This document shows, piece by piece, positions 8,196 through 17,318 of a stretch of DNA of 64,000 nucleotides. The notes below the pieces were generated by a model. The model did not search any database and had not been told where the DNA came from. It was given only the letters and a program-made list of their open reading frames with translations. The first letter of the stretch is position 1; every line of letters begins with the position of its first letter. A program made the translations under genes and the position numbers. This DNA comes from Longimicrobiales bacterium (lineage in GTDB: Bacteria; Gemmatimonadota; Gemmatimonadetes; Longimicrobiales; Gaopeijiaceae). Where the stretch lies: contig OZ242008.1 in NCBI GenBank assembly GCA_965204735.1, forward strand, positions 2,112,001 through 2,176,000. The letters run 5' to 3'.

Positions 8196-10478
8196 TCAGA
8201 AGACCACGCGGTAGGCAAGCGAAAGTCCCCTCCCGGCCTCGGGCATGATCTCCTTGACCCGGGAGAGGTGGTTTCGGTAGGTCTGGTTGGTTGCGTTGCG
8301 CAGGTTGGCCGTGATCACGTGCAGGCGACCCGCCAGCGTGACGCGGACGCCGGCGGCGGCGTGAAGGACGACGTACCCGTCGGTGGGCGTTTCGAATTCG
8401 TCCACCCGGTCCTGTCTGGCGGCGAACTCGGTCTCGCCGCGGACGAACCAAGCGGGATGCTCGTGCTCGACTCCGGCCCGCCCCTGAAGCGGGGGGATGA
8501 GCGGGAGCGGCCGTCCGGTGTCCTCCAGTTCGCCCCGCACGTAGGAAGCGGCGCCGTGGACGGCCCAGCCCCGGCCCAGGTCCCACTCCGCCGCGGCCTC
8601 GAACCCGGCCATCACGGCGTCGTTGCCCTGGTACTGGTAGATCGGCAGCTGCACGCGGCTCGTCTCGCCTGTTCGCGTCCCGTAGACGTAGCCCGAGATC
8701 GCGTTGTAGAACCCCGTGACCTCGGCGCGCAGCCGCTCTCCGCCGTAGCGGACGAAGAGGTCCGTCGCGTTGCCGGTCTCGGCTTCCAGGGAGGGGTTGC
8801 CGACCTCGAAGTAGTAGGCCGCCAAGTGCGGTCCCTCCGAGTAGAGCTCGTTGACGTCCGGCGTGCGGAAGGCGCGACCGGCGGTCGCCCCCACGACCAC
8901 GCCCGAGCCCGCGCGGTACATGATCCCGAGCGACCCGGACATGGCCCGGAAGGCTCGGTCTCGGATGTGCCCGATCTCGGAGTGCGGGTCGTCCCGGAGC
9001 GGGTCGGCGCTGGTCCAGTCGTAGCGCAGCCCGCCTTCGATTCGGATCGGATCGAAGTCCATCTCCTGGAAGACGAACGCGGCAAGCGTGGTGCGGCGGG
9101 TGTCGGGGGTCGCCACGTCGCCGCCGAACGCGAAGTCCTCCAGCGACGCCCGAAAGCCCAACGCGCCCGCCGAGAAGGATCCGGTGGGCGAAGTAACCGC
9201 CAACGCCTCGGCGCTGGTCGCCTGGAGCTTGAAGAAGGTGCCCAGTATGTCGGGCGGCTCGATCTCCTGGTGCCGGTACCACGTGTGCACGCCCCGGAGT
9301 TCGATCCTTTGATAGGGCCCGGCAGGTTGGTCCACGACCCCGCGGAACTTGGTGGAGACGCGCTCCATCTCGATGCGCACCCCCGCCTCGTGGCCGCCCA
9401 CGAACCCGCCCGGGATGCCGTAGTCGTTGCGGTAGGCCCGGAAGGAGGCGCCCGCGTGGCCCCACTGGCCCAGGTACGACGCCCCGGCGCCGGCGGTCCA
9501 CGTGTCTGCGGCGGTGTTGCCCAGGACGCCGGCGGGCGTCTTCAAGTCTCCTGCACGGCGCGCCGACGCCTCGACGCGCAGAGGCACGCGCTCGGCCACT
9601 CCGAACGTGGCGGCGGCGCTCCCTCTCGCCGACCCGCTCACCGTGCTCCCTGCCAGCGACGCCGAGCCGGAAAACCGCTCCGGGGCGGTCGTGGGGATCT
9701 CGTCGCGGATGACGTTGACGACCCCTCCCAGGGCGCTGCTCCCGTACAGCAGCGCGGCCGGCCCCCGGACGACCTCCACCCTGCGAGCCGTGGAGGCGTC
9801 CAAGGCCGTGGCGTGGTCCGATCCGCTGGAGGAGACGTCGCCGACCCGCGCGCCGTCTTCCAGCATCAGGACGCGGTCGCCGCCCAAGCCGCGGATGACG
9901 GGGCTGGCCGTGGCCGGTCCCATCGTTGCGACGGCAAGCCCCGGCTGTCCCTCCAAGGCGCTCGCCACGGTGCCTTCCAGGCGGCCTTGAAGCTCCTCGC
10001 CCGCCACGACGTTCACGGGGCGCAGCGTCTCTTCGGCCGTCCGCGCCGTGAGAGCGCCCGTCACCACGACCCCGGCGAGCGCGATGGGCGACGGGACGAG
10101 CTCCACCACGACGGGGCCGCGGGCGCCTTCCCCGACCAGCTCGACGATCTGGCTTCGGTAGCCGATCCGCCCGACTCGGACGGCCTGGTCGGCGGCGGCG
10201 CCGGTCAGCTGGAGGCGGAAGGCGCCGTCGCTGCCGGTCAGCGCGGAGCGGCGCGTCCCGACCAGCGTGGCGACGGCGCCGGTCAGCGGAGCGCCCGTCT
10301 CGGCGTCGCGGACGACCCCGTGGACGACCTGTCGGCCGGAAGTCTGGGCGGAGCGGGCTGCCGGCCCGCCGAATCCCGCAGGAGCGTGGGCCCACGCCGC
10401 ATGCGCGCACGTCGCTGCCGCCGCGAGCCCGAGGGCGCAGCAAGCAGGGAGCCGCATGGCGAGGCGGGACCGGTGCAT
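8196..10478 (-). CDS. TonB-dependent receptor (ZnuD-like metal uptake)
   Basis: Signal peptide, carboxypeptidase-regulatory-like N domain, plug motifs PVIRGL, DHA and EVVRGPAALLYGSSALGGVVN, GPHLA, C-terminal YRVVF. Confidence 0.9.
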   Translation of the reverse strand: MHRSRLAMRLPACCALGLAAAATCAHAAWAHAPAGFGGPAARSAQTSGRQVVHGVVRDAETGAPLTGAVATLVGTRRSALTGSDGAFRLQLTGAAADQAVRVGRIGYRSQIVELVGEGARGPVVVELVPSPIALAGVVVTGALTARTAEETLRPVNVVAGEELQGRLEGTVASALEGQPGLAVATMGPATASPVIRGLGGDRVLMLEDGARVGDVSSSGSDHATALDASTARRVEVVRGPAALLYGSSALGGVVNVIRDEIPTTAPERFSGSASLAGSTVSGSARGSAAATFGVAERVPLRVEASARRAGDLKTPAGVLGNTAADTWTAGAGASYLGQWGHAGASFRAYRNDYGIPGGFVGGHEAGVRIEMERVSTKFRGVVDQPAGPYQRIELRGVHTWYRHQEIEPPDILGTFFKLQATSAEALAVTSPTGSFSAGALGFRASLEDFAFGGDVATPDTRRTTLAAFVFQEMDFDPIRIEGGLRYDWTSADPLRDDPHSEIGHIRDRAFRAMSGSLGIMYRAGSGVVVGATAGRAFRTPDVNELYSEGPHLAAYYFEVGNPSLEAETGNATDLFVRYGGERLRAEVTGFYNAISGYVYGTRTGETSRVQLPIYQYQGNDAVMAGFEAAAEWDLGRGWAVHGAASYVRGELEDTGRPLPLIPPLQGRAGVEHEHPAWFVRGETEFAARQDRVDEFETPTDGYVVLHAAAGVRVTLAGRLHVITANLRNATNQTYRNHLSRVKEIMPEAGRGLSLAYRVVF

Positions 10479-10650
10479 CTTCGACTTCTCCGAGGGGACC
10501 CGAGCCGGGCGCCTTGGCAGGACGGCGCACGCCGGGCGTAGACAGGTAGGGAACGCCCTGCCGAACGACCATCGTCGTCTCCGGCGAAAGGGCCGTTTCC
10601 GGCAAGGCTTGCGATTGTGCGGGGGGCTGGAGGGGGAAGCTCCAGGCAGA

Positions 10651-11013
10651 TCAGACGAGCGGCGGACCTCGGGGGACGACGCAGTCCGTCAGGAACGCCG
10701 GCCCAGGAGGACCGCGTTCGGCAACGCTCGGGAAAGAAACGAGGAGAGACGGCGCAGGCGTCGACCTGGCCTCTTGGCGCGGGGCGGTCGCGGAGCCCGA
10801 GAGCGAGCGCGCCACTTGGCAGAAGAGATGGTTGTGGGCCCCGGGGCATCCGTCGTCCTCCGGCGACTCCACGTGAATGGGCGCTCCCGGCCCGTCATGA
10901 TCCGCAAGCGCCTCCAAGACGGCGCCCGCGCCCGTGGTCGCCGTCACGCCGGCGGCGAGGGCAAGCAGGGCGAGCCTGCGAAGGCTGGACCTTGCGGAGC
11001 GGGCGCTTGGCAA
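10651..11013 (-). CDS. DUF2946-like leader peptide with His/Cys cluster and C-terminal RGPP motif
   Basis: N-terminal hydrophobic segment, then CPGAHNHLFC, a Pro/Ser linker and ...VVPRGPPLV-stop, directly upstream of the TBDR. TTG 11013 follows GAGGAG at 8 nt (GTG 11022 is the alternative). Confidence 0.7.
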   Translation of the reverse strand: MPSARSARSSLRRLALLALAAGVTATTGAGAVLEALADHDGPGAPIHVESPEDDGCPGAHNHLFCQVARSLSGSATAPRQEARSTPAPSLLVSFPSVAERGPPGPAFLTDCVVPRGPPLV

Positions 11014-11085
11014 GGGGAGCACTCCTCGGTGTTCGGCGGATGGACGCTGCCGAGCGGCTTCGACGGACGGACGGGTGCGGCTGGA

Positions 11086-11159
11086 TGGGCCCAGAGGGAC
11101 TTGAACCCCCGACCGTCGGATTATGAGTCCGCTGCTCTAACCGACTGAGCTATGGGCCC
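11086..11159 (-). tRNA. tRNA with CAU anticodon, probably tRNA-Ile2 (lysidine); CCA not encoded
   Basis: GGGCCCATAGCTCAGTCGGTTAGAGCAGCGGACTCATAATCCGACGGTCGGGGGTTCAAGTCCCTCTGGGCCCA folds as a cloverleaf. The sequence resembles Ile2-type rather than Met tRNAs. Confidence 0.9.
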
Positions 11160-11164
11160 GACAA

Positions 11165-11193
11165 AGGCTAGAAGAACACAGGGCTCCAGGCAA
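11165..11193 (-). promoter_or_regulatory. sigma70-type promoter of the tRNA
   Basis: TTGCCT-17 nt-TAGCCT, ending 5 nt before the tRNA 5' end. Confidence 0.6.
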
Positions 11194-11212
11194 GCTTGCC
11201 GGGCCGCCGCCG

Positions 11213-13072
11213 TGTCGTACCAATTTAGAAATGTCCGGTCTTACCAAGATAGAAATGTCCTCTTTCGGGCGATGTTCGGCGGGAGTCGAACTCGTGCCCG
11301 GGAGAGGAGCGAATGGAGTTGAGCTTGAAGGAGCGGGACCGGATCTCGGTGTTGAGGCAGGTGAGCGAAGGCGTGCTGGCGGCGGCCGACGGCGCGGCGC
11401 GCTTCGGGGTGACGGAGCGTCACTTCCGGCGCGTGCGCCGCCGGTTCGAGGCGGCGGGCGACGAGGTGGTCGTGCACGGGCTCCGGGGTCGGAGGTCGAA
11501 CCGGTCGCTGCCGTCGGAGACGCGGGAGCAGGTGCTGGTCATGGCCAGGGACCCCGACTACGCCGACTTCGGCGCCACGTTTCTGGCGGAGCACGTCGAG
11601 CGGGAGCTGGGCGTGCGCGTCAGCGCGGAGACGCTGCGGGCATGGCGGAAGGGCGCGGGCTTGTGGCAGCGCAAGCGCAAGCGGGCGAAGCACCGGCGCC
11701 GACGGCCGCGTCGCGCCGCGCGGGGCGAGCTGCTCCAGTGGGACAGCTCGGTTCACGCCTGGCTTGAAGACCGGGGGCCGCCCGACCTCGTGCTGATCGC
11801 GCTGCACGACGACGCGACGAGCGGGTTCATGCACGGTCGCTTCGTCGAGCGCGACACGGGCGCCGCGAATCGGCGAGCGATCGTCGAGTGCCTCGAACGC
11901 CACGGACGGCCGAGGGCGGTATACGTGGACCACGCGGGCCACTTCGGGCAGCGCCTCGGCCCGGAGGGCAAGCGGACCCGGACGATCATCGGCACGGCGC
12001 TGGAGAAGCTGGGCGTCGAGGTGATCCTGGCGAACTCGCCGCAGGCGAAGGGCCGGGTCGAGCGGACGTTCGGCACGGCGCAGGACCGGCTGGTCAAAGA
12101 GATGCGCTTGGCGCGAGTCACCACGCTCGAGGCGGCGAACCGCTACTTGGAGGAGCGGTGGGTTCCGTTCTGGAACGAACGCTTCACGGTGGCGCCGGCC
12201 GATCCCCTCGACGCCCATCGCCCGCTGCCTCAGGACATCGATCTGGAAGCCCTCTTCGCCGAGACGGACACGCGGGTCGTGGCCCGCGACTTCACCGTGC
12301 GCTTCGAGAACCGCTTCTGGCAGGTCACGGCCCGCGACGCCGAGGCGGCCGGCGTCGCGCCGGGCTCCCCCGTCGTCGTCGAACGGCGCCTCTCGGGCGA
12401 GCTGCGCTTCCGGCATCGCGGCTGCTACCTGACGCCCAAGGCCTTGGGGGCGGTCCGGTCGGCGACGCCCAAGCCGGCGCCGGCGCCCGCGACGGCCAAG
12501 CCCAGGCCCAAGCCGCCGAAGCCGGGAAGGGATCACCCGTGGCGCAAGCACTTCAGCGCCAGCGTGGCCCAGGCCGTGGCCAAGCGGGAACACCGCGCCG
12601 CCCACTCCAACGGGACCGGTCCCGAGCGGTGCAGGACCTCGTCCTGAGCCCGCAGGCGGGGACGGCGGCTCGCACCCCCCTTCCCGCAAAGGTCGGACGC
12701 GACCGCAGTGTCGGCATCCGTGCCTCCGAGGCTTGCCGGCGCTGCGCAGGTCGCTCGGCGCACCACGACCGTCCGAGCTGGCAGGCTCAGTGCGAACTGC
12801 GAGCCATCGGGGCAGCAGTGTCCGGACCCGTCCGCGTTGGCGTCCACCCGGCCAGAGCTTGGCCACGGCGACGACCTCGACTCGCCCGGCCGCCACTGGC
12901 CTTGAAGCGCCCGGAACAGGGCGCCCGGCGCCGTCCAGCCCAGGCTTGCTGGATCCGCGTGTCCTGCGCCCGACACCTGGCCCCCGGCCTCAGGAAGAAC
13001 CCACCGTCCACACCATCAGGGGGGACATTTCTACTTTGGCCAACTACCGGACATTTCTACTTTGGCTTGACA
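11213..13072 (+). mobile_element. IS1202-family (ISNCY) insertion sequence, 1860 bp, with 17-bp target duplication
   Basis: TGT...ACA ends. Imperfect IRs each carry two CCAAnnTAGAAATGTCC motifs. Flanking direct repeat TTGCCGGGCCGCCGCCG at 11196-11212 and 13073-13089. Confidence 0.9.
11313..12647 (+). CDS. DDE transposase (IS1202/IS481-like)
   Basis: N-terminal HTH, LLQWDSS, HDDAT, YVDHAG, SPQAKGRVER, C-terminal DHPWR. GAGGAG RBS. Confidence 0.9.
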   Translation: MELSLKERDRISVLRQVSEGVLAAADGAARFGVTERHFRRVRRRFEAAGDEVVVHGLRGRRSNRSLPSETREQVLVMARDPDYADFGATFLAEHVERELGVRVSAETLRAWRKGAGLWQRKRKRAKHRRRRPRRAARGELLQWDSSVHAWLEDRGPPDLVLIALHDDATSGFMHGRFVERDTGAANRRAIVECLERHGRPRAVYVDHAGHFGQRLGPEGKRTRTIIGTALEKLGVEVILANSPQAKGRVERTFGTAQDRLVKEMRLARVTTLEAANRYLEERWVPFWNERFTVAPADPLDAHRPLPQDIDLEALFAETDTRVVARDFTVRFENRFWQVTARDAEAAGVAPGSPVVVERRLSGELRFRHRGCYLTPKALGAVRSATPKPAPAPATAKPRPKPPKPGRDHPWRKHFSASVAQAVAKREHRAAHSNGTGPERCRTSS

Positions 13073-13130
13073 TTGCCGGGCCGCCGCCGACCCGCGGACT
13101 GTCCCCCGACCGACCCCTGCGGAGGGACCC

Positions 13131-13778
13131 CTACAACTTGGCGAAGAGGGTGCCGAACATGCGGTCGCCGGCGTCGCCCAGTCCGGGGAGCAGGTAGCCG
13201 GCCTCGCTGAGGCGCCGGTCCACGGCGGCGGCCAGGACAGGGACGTCCGGGTGCTCCCCGCGCAGGCGCTCCAGCCCTTCGGGAGCGGCCAGCACGCAGA
13301 GGAAGCGGATCTCGCGGACGCCGCGCTCCTTGAGCCACGTCGTCGCCGCCGAGGCCGAGCCGCCCGTGCCCAGCATGGGGTCCACCAGGAAGTGGCGCGC
13401 GTGCTCGGCACCGGAGGGCAGCTTCGCGTAGTAGCGGGTCGCGACCAGGGTCCGCTCGTCGCGCTCCAGGCCCACATGGCCGACCCTGGCGCCAGGAATC
13501 ACCCGAAGCACGCCTTCCAGCATGCCCAGTCCAGCCCGCAGGATGGGCACCACCACCACGTCCGCCTCCCGGACGCGGGTGGTGCGGGTGGCTTCCAGGG
13601 GCGTCTCGACGGTCACTTCCCGTTCCTCCAGGTCTTGGGTGGCCTGGAAGGTCATGAGCATGGCGATCTCGTTCACCAGCTCGCGGAAGCGCTTCGTGGG
13701 CGTGCGTCGGTCGCGGAGGCGGGAGAGCTTGTCGCGCACCAGGGGGTGGTCGACGACGACGGCGGAGGAAGGAGTCAT
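13131..13778 (-). CDS. upp: Uracil phosphoribosyltransferase
   Basis: HPLV...LR, PILRAGLGM, DPMLGTGGS, YLLPGLGDAGDR. ATG 13778 overlaps the rluB stop. Confidence 0.95.
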   Translation of the reverse strand: MTPSSAVVVDHPLVRDKLSRLRDRRTPTKRFRELVNEIAMLMTFQATQDLEEREVTVETPLEATRTTRVREADVVVVPILRAGLGMLEGVLRVIPGARVGHVGLERDERTLVATRYYAKLPSGAEHARHFLVDPMLGTGGSASAATTWLKERGVREIRFLCVLAAPEGLERLRGEHPDVPVLAAAVDRRLSEAGYLLPGLGDAGDRMFGTLFAKL

Positions 13779-14638
13779 GGGGACTTCCTTTGCGGTTGCC
13801 GGCCTCGTCGCCGGCCGCCTCGACGCGGGCGGACTTCGGCGCGGGCCGTCTTGATCTCGGATGGGCGCGCGGGGCGCCAGCGCGCGGTCGGCAGGCCGCC
13901 CAGGCGGAAGGGACCGAAGCGGACGCGGCAGAGCGCCGACGCCGGGCAGCCCACCGCCTTCAGGAGACGGCGAACCTCGCGCTTGCGTCCTTCGGTCAGC
14001 ACCAAGCTCACGCCCCACTCGCCGCTCTCCAGGGGCGTTCGGCGGACCCGCTTGGGACGGGCGAATCCGTCCTCCAGCTCGGCCCCGGCCTTGACCGCGC
14101 GGATCACCTGGGCCGTCACGGGCCGCTTGACCGTCGCCACGTACTCGCGCTCGACGCGGCTGCTGGGGTGGGTCAGGGCGGCGGCCAGGGCGCCGTCGTT
14201 GGTCATCAGAAGCAGGCCCGACGTGTCCCGGTCCAGGCGTCCCACGTAGCGCAGGCCCGCGGTCCATTCGGGCAGCCTGTCGTAGACGGTCTCGCCCCCG
14301 TGAGGGTCGCTCCGCGTGCAGAGAACGCCGACGGGCTTGTGGAAGACGAGCCAGCGAAGGGGCGCCGGCTCCACCACCCGGCCGTCCACGGCCACCACGT
14401 CCTTCCCCGGGGCCACCCGCACTCCCATCTCCGCGACCGGCTCGCCGTTGACGGCCACTCGTCCCTCGCCGATCAGAGCCTCGGCCTGCCTGCGAGAAGC
14501 CGCGCCGGCCTGGGAGAGGTACCGCTGGACGCGGACGCGGGCCGGGACGGCGGCCGCGGCGCCGGCGCCTTGCCGCTTCTCGCGCGGGCGGGCGGGCTGG
14601 ACGCTCCGAGGACTGCGACTGCCGCGTCGGCGACTCAT
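13775..14638 (-). CDS. rluB: Ribosomal large subunit pseudouridine synthase (RluB/RsuA family)
   Basis: S4 domain (SRRQAE...GRVAVNG), KPVG, GRLDRDTSGLLL, EGRKREVRR. Follows scpB. Confidence 0.85.
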   Translation of the reverse strand: MSRRRGSRSPRSVQPARPREKRQGAGAAAAVPARVRVQRYLSQAGAASRRQAEALIGEGRVAVNGEPVAEMGVRVAPGKDVVAVDGRVVEPAPLRWLVFHKPVGVLCTRSDPHGGETVYDRLPEWTAGLRYVGRLDRDTSGLLLMTNDGALAAALTHPSSRVEREYVATVKRPVTAQVIRAVKAGAELEDGFARPKRVRRTPLESGEWGVSLVLTEGRKREVRRLLKAVGCPASALCRVRFGPFRLGGLPTARWRPARPSEIKTARAEVRPRRGGRRRGRQPQRKSP

Positions 14639-15354
14639 TCTGCGGCCCCTTCCTCGCTGTCCTTCGCCGCGTCCGAGGGCGAACCCGAGTCCAAGTCGTC
14701 GCCGTCCCCGCCCGCGCCTTCCGCGTGGGCCAGGACCGCGGCCACAGGGTCGCGGGGTTCCGGCGCGGCCTTCCCTTCCCCCTCCAGCGGAGGTCCGTCC
14801 GCGGCTGCTCCCGAGTCGGTCAACGGCGTCCGCTCGCGCAGCACGACCGGGAGTTCCTCGGGCCGGGGCAGGTCGTCCAGGGAAGCGAAGCCGAAGTGCT
14901 CCATGAAGCGGCGGGTGGTGCCGTAGAGTACGGGGCGGCCAACGCCTTCGCCCCGCCCGACGACGACGATCAGCTCCCGGTCCAGCAAGGTGCGGATCAC
15001 GCCGGAGGAGTTGACGCCGCGCACGTACTCGACCTCGACCCGGCTGATCGGCTGCCGGTAGGCCACGATCGCCAGCGCCTCCAAGGCGGGTCCGGAGAGG
15101 CGGGTGGGCTTGGCCACGGTGTCGAAGCGCTCCAGGTAGGGAGCGAACTCGGGACGGGTCGCGATCTGCACGCCGCCGGCCACCTCCCGGAGCTCGAAGG
15201 CCCGGCCCGAGTCGTCGTACGCCGCCTTGAGCACGGCAAGCGCCGCCTCGACCCGGTCTTCGTCCAAGGCCTCGTCGGCCCGAGCGATCTCCGCCGCCGC
15301 CAGTGGTTCGTCGCTGGCGAAGAGGACCGCCTCCACCACGGCAGCGTCGTTCAT
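14635..15354 (-). CDS. scpB: SMC-Scp complex subunit ScpB
   Basis: VEAVLFAS, LEALAIVAYRQPISR, VRGV, GRPVLYGTT, FGFASLDDLP. ATGA overlap with scpA. Confidence 0.92.
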   Translation of the reverse strand: MNDAAVVEAVLFASDEPLAAAEIARADEALDEDRVEAALAVLKAAYDDSGRAFELREVAGGVQIATRPEFAPYLERFDTVAKPTRLSGPALEALAIVAYRQPISRVEVEYVRGVNSSGVIRTLLDRELIVVVGRGEGVGRPVLYGTTRRFMEHFGFASLDDLPRPEELPVVLRERTPLTDSGAAADGPPLEGEGKAAPEPRDPVAAVLAHAEGAGGDGDDLDSGSPSDAAKDSEEGAAE

Positions 15355-16340
15355 GCCGCGGCCTCGGCTGGTGGCGAAGCGGTCGGCGGGGAAGCGTCGG
15401 CCGGCGGCGTCGAGGTCGGTGGGGAAGCGTCGGCTGGTGGCGAAGCGGTCGGCGGGGAAGCGTCGGCCGGCGGCGTCGAGGTCGGCGGGGGAGCGTCGGT
15501 CGGCGGCGTCGAGGTCGGCGGGGGAGCGTCGGCTGCTGGCGAAGCGTCGGCGGTCGGCGGCGGGGCTTCTTCGGCCTCCGGGCCGTCGGCGATCCGGCGC
15601 CCTGGGTAGAGCCAGAGGGAAGAGAACGGGCGGCTCTGCCTGAGGGCGACGACCCGCCGCCTTCCCAGCTCCAGGCCCGCCAAGAAGGTCATCACGCCGT
15701 GCATCGGGTCCTTCCAGGGCGCCACCAGGCTGCCGAACTCGATTCGCTTCACCCGCCGCAGGGCGGCAACGATGAGGCCCGTCTTGTCCCGCATGGAGAC
15801 TGTTCGGGCGGTCATGCGGTGCTCCGGTTCTCGGTCCCGGGGCGGCTCCACCCGCAGGGCGGCCGCGTAGACCTGGTCCCATGCAACCTCCAGGGGCGCC
15901 TCGGCGATCTGGGGCTTGGGCCGGGACGGCACCCATCCTTTCGCGAAGCGGCGGCCCTGGTCGTTCTCCGCCGCGCGGAAGCGGGCAGCCACTTCCCGCA
16001 CCTGCTCGTACTCCAGCAGTCGCCGCACCAGCTCCGCCCGGGGGTCGTGGTCTTCTTCGCCGGGGGGCCGGGGCAACAGCATGGCGACCTTGATGCGCAC
16101 CAGCGCCGCGGCCATCTCCAGGAACTCTCCGGCTTCGTCGAGCTTGGTCTCCACGAGAGTTTCGACGGCGGCCAGAAAGTCGCGCGTGATGCGGGCGATG
16201 GGAATGTCGAAGACGTCGATGTCCTGGGTGCGGATCAGGTGCAGGAGCAGGTCCAGCGGTCCGTGGAAGCGGTCGGTCTCCACGACCAGCAAGCCCTCGC
16301 CGGCGGACGCGGCCGGAACAGCCGCTGCGGCACTGCTCAT
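15351..16340 (-). CDS. scpA: Segregation and condensation protein ScpA (kleisin) with repeat-expanded C-terminus
   Basis: FHGPLDLLLHLI, EFLEMAA, DPRAELVRRLLEY, TFLAGLEL. ATGA overlap with the S2P gene. Confidence 0.92.
   Translation of the reverse strand: MSSAAAAVPAASAGEGLLVVETDRFHGPLDLLLHLIRTQDIDVFDIPIARITRDFLAAVETLVETKLDEAGEFLEMAAALVRIKVAMLLPRPPGEEDHDPRAELVRRLLEYEQVREVAARFRAAENDQGRRFAKGWVPSRPKPQIAEAPLEVAWDQVYAAALRVEPPRDREPEHRMTARTVSMRDKTGLIVAALRRVKRIEFGSLVAPWKDPMHGVMTFLAGLELGRRRVVALRQSRPFSSLWLYPGRRIADGPEAEEAPPPTADASPAADAPPPTSTPPTDAPPPTSTPPADASPPTASPPADASPPTSTPPADASPPTASPPAEAAA
15364..15560. repeat. 33-bp tandem repeat (about 5 copies plus partials) in the scpA 3' end
   Basis: Units tcggctggtggcgaagcggtcggcggggaagcg and tcggccggcggcgtcgaggtcgg(t/c)gggg(a/g)agcg, encoding ADASPPTASPP / ADASPPTSTPP. 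Confidence 0.85.
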
Positions 16341-16984
16341 CCCACCGCCATCCGCATGATCCAGTCGAACGCCCGCAGCACGGGCGCGAAGAAGACGGCG
16401 AAGGCGTCGCGGAAGAGGACGCCGATCAGAACCAGAACGCCGATCCCGAAGCGCCCGGCGGATTGGTAGAGGACCGCCAGCCGCGGCGGAAGGAGGTGAC
16501 GGACGACGTGGGAGCCGTCCAGCGGCGGCACGGGAACCAAGTTGAACCAAGCGAGAACCAAGTTGACGAGGACGCCGTAGGTCGCCAGCGTGGCCAGCGC
16601 TCGGCCGACGGCGTTCGTGGTCCACGACTCTCCCCCCACGCGGAAGAGCAGCGCGAGCAGCGCCGCGCACGCGGCCGCAAGAATCAGGTTCGACACGATC
16701 CCGGCCATCGAGACGCGGATGTCGCCCGCTCTGTACTCCCGGTAGTTGGCCGGGTTCACGGGCACGGGCTTGGCCCAGCCGAAGATGAAGTCGCCCGGAA
16801 GCAGGTAGAGCAGGAAGGGGACGATCAGCGAGCCCGTCAAGTCGAGGTGGGGCAGCGGGTTCAGCGTGATCCGTCCCAGGTCCCTTGCCGTGGTGTCGCC
16901 CTCCCGGAGCGCCTGCCAAGCGTGCGCCACCTCGTGGACCACTATGGAGAACAGAAGAACGGGGACGATGTAGAAGAAGTCCAT
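16337..16984 (-). CDS. Site-2 protease family (M50) membrane metalloprotease
   Basis: HEVAH, GRITLNPLPH, FGWAKPVPVN, FNLVPVPPLDG. Confidence 0.92.
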   Translation of the reverse strand: MDFFYIVPVLLFSIVVHEVAHAWQALREGDTTARDLGRITLNPLPHLDLTGSLIVPFLLYLLPGDFIFGWAKPVPVNPANYREYRAGDIRVSMAGIVSNLILAAACAALLALLFRVGGESWTTNAVGRALATLATYGVLVNLVLAWFNLVPVPPLDGSHVVRHLLPPRLAVLYQSAGRFGIGVLVLIGVLFRDAFAVFFAPVLRAFDWIMRMAVG

Positions 16985-17055
16985 GGGGTCAAGCTAGCGG
17001 AAACGGCCCCGGTTCGCCGAGGGGCCGAAAAGGGACTCCTGGGCGAGTTCTCGAA

Positions 17056-17170
17056 GCCGCGGCCCAGCTCCCGGCGCCGCTTCCGGGGTCGCGGTCCAGG
17101 TCCCGGCGCAGCTTCCGGAGTCGCGGTCCAGGTCCCGGCGCAGCTTCCGGGGCCGCGGTCCAGGTCCCGG
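17056..17170. repeat. 32-bp tandem repeat (about 3.5 copies) between the divergent S2P and rpsT genes
   Basis: cccggcgc(c/a)gcttccgg(g/a)g(t/c)cgcggtccaggt at 17070, 17102 and 17134, with partial copies on both sides. Confidence 0.85.
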
Positions 17171-17190
17171 TGAAGGACCGGGGCGAGGGG

Positions 17191-17219
17191 TTGACCGGCC
17201 TCATTGGCGATTCTAGCTT
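17191..17219 (+). promoter_or_regulatory. sigma70-type promoter of rpsT
   Basis: TTGACC-17 nt-TAGCTT. Confidence 0.65.
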
Positions 17220-17318
17220 GCAGGCTCGCTGGTCGTCGGGCCGCGGAACGCCTCGTTCGGCCGCGGAACGCCGTTTCGGCGGCCACGGAACCCACGAGCA
17301 ACTTTGAGCAAGTTTGCG

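Noticed and set aside
17056..17170. CRISPR array call for the 32-bp repeats
   Set aside because: Units are contiguous with no spacers.
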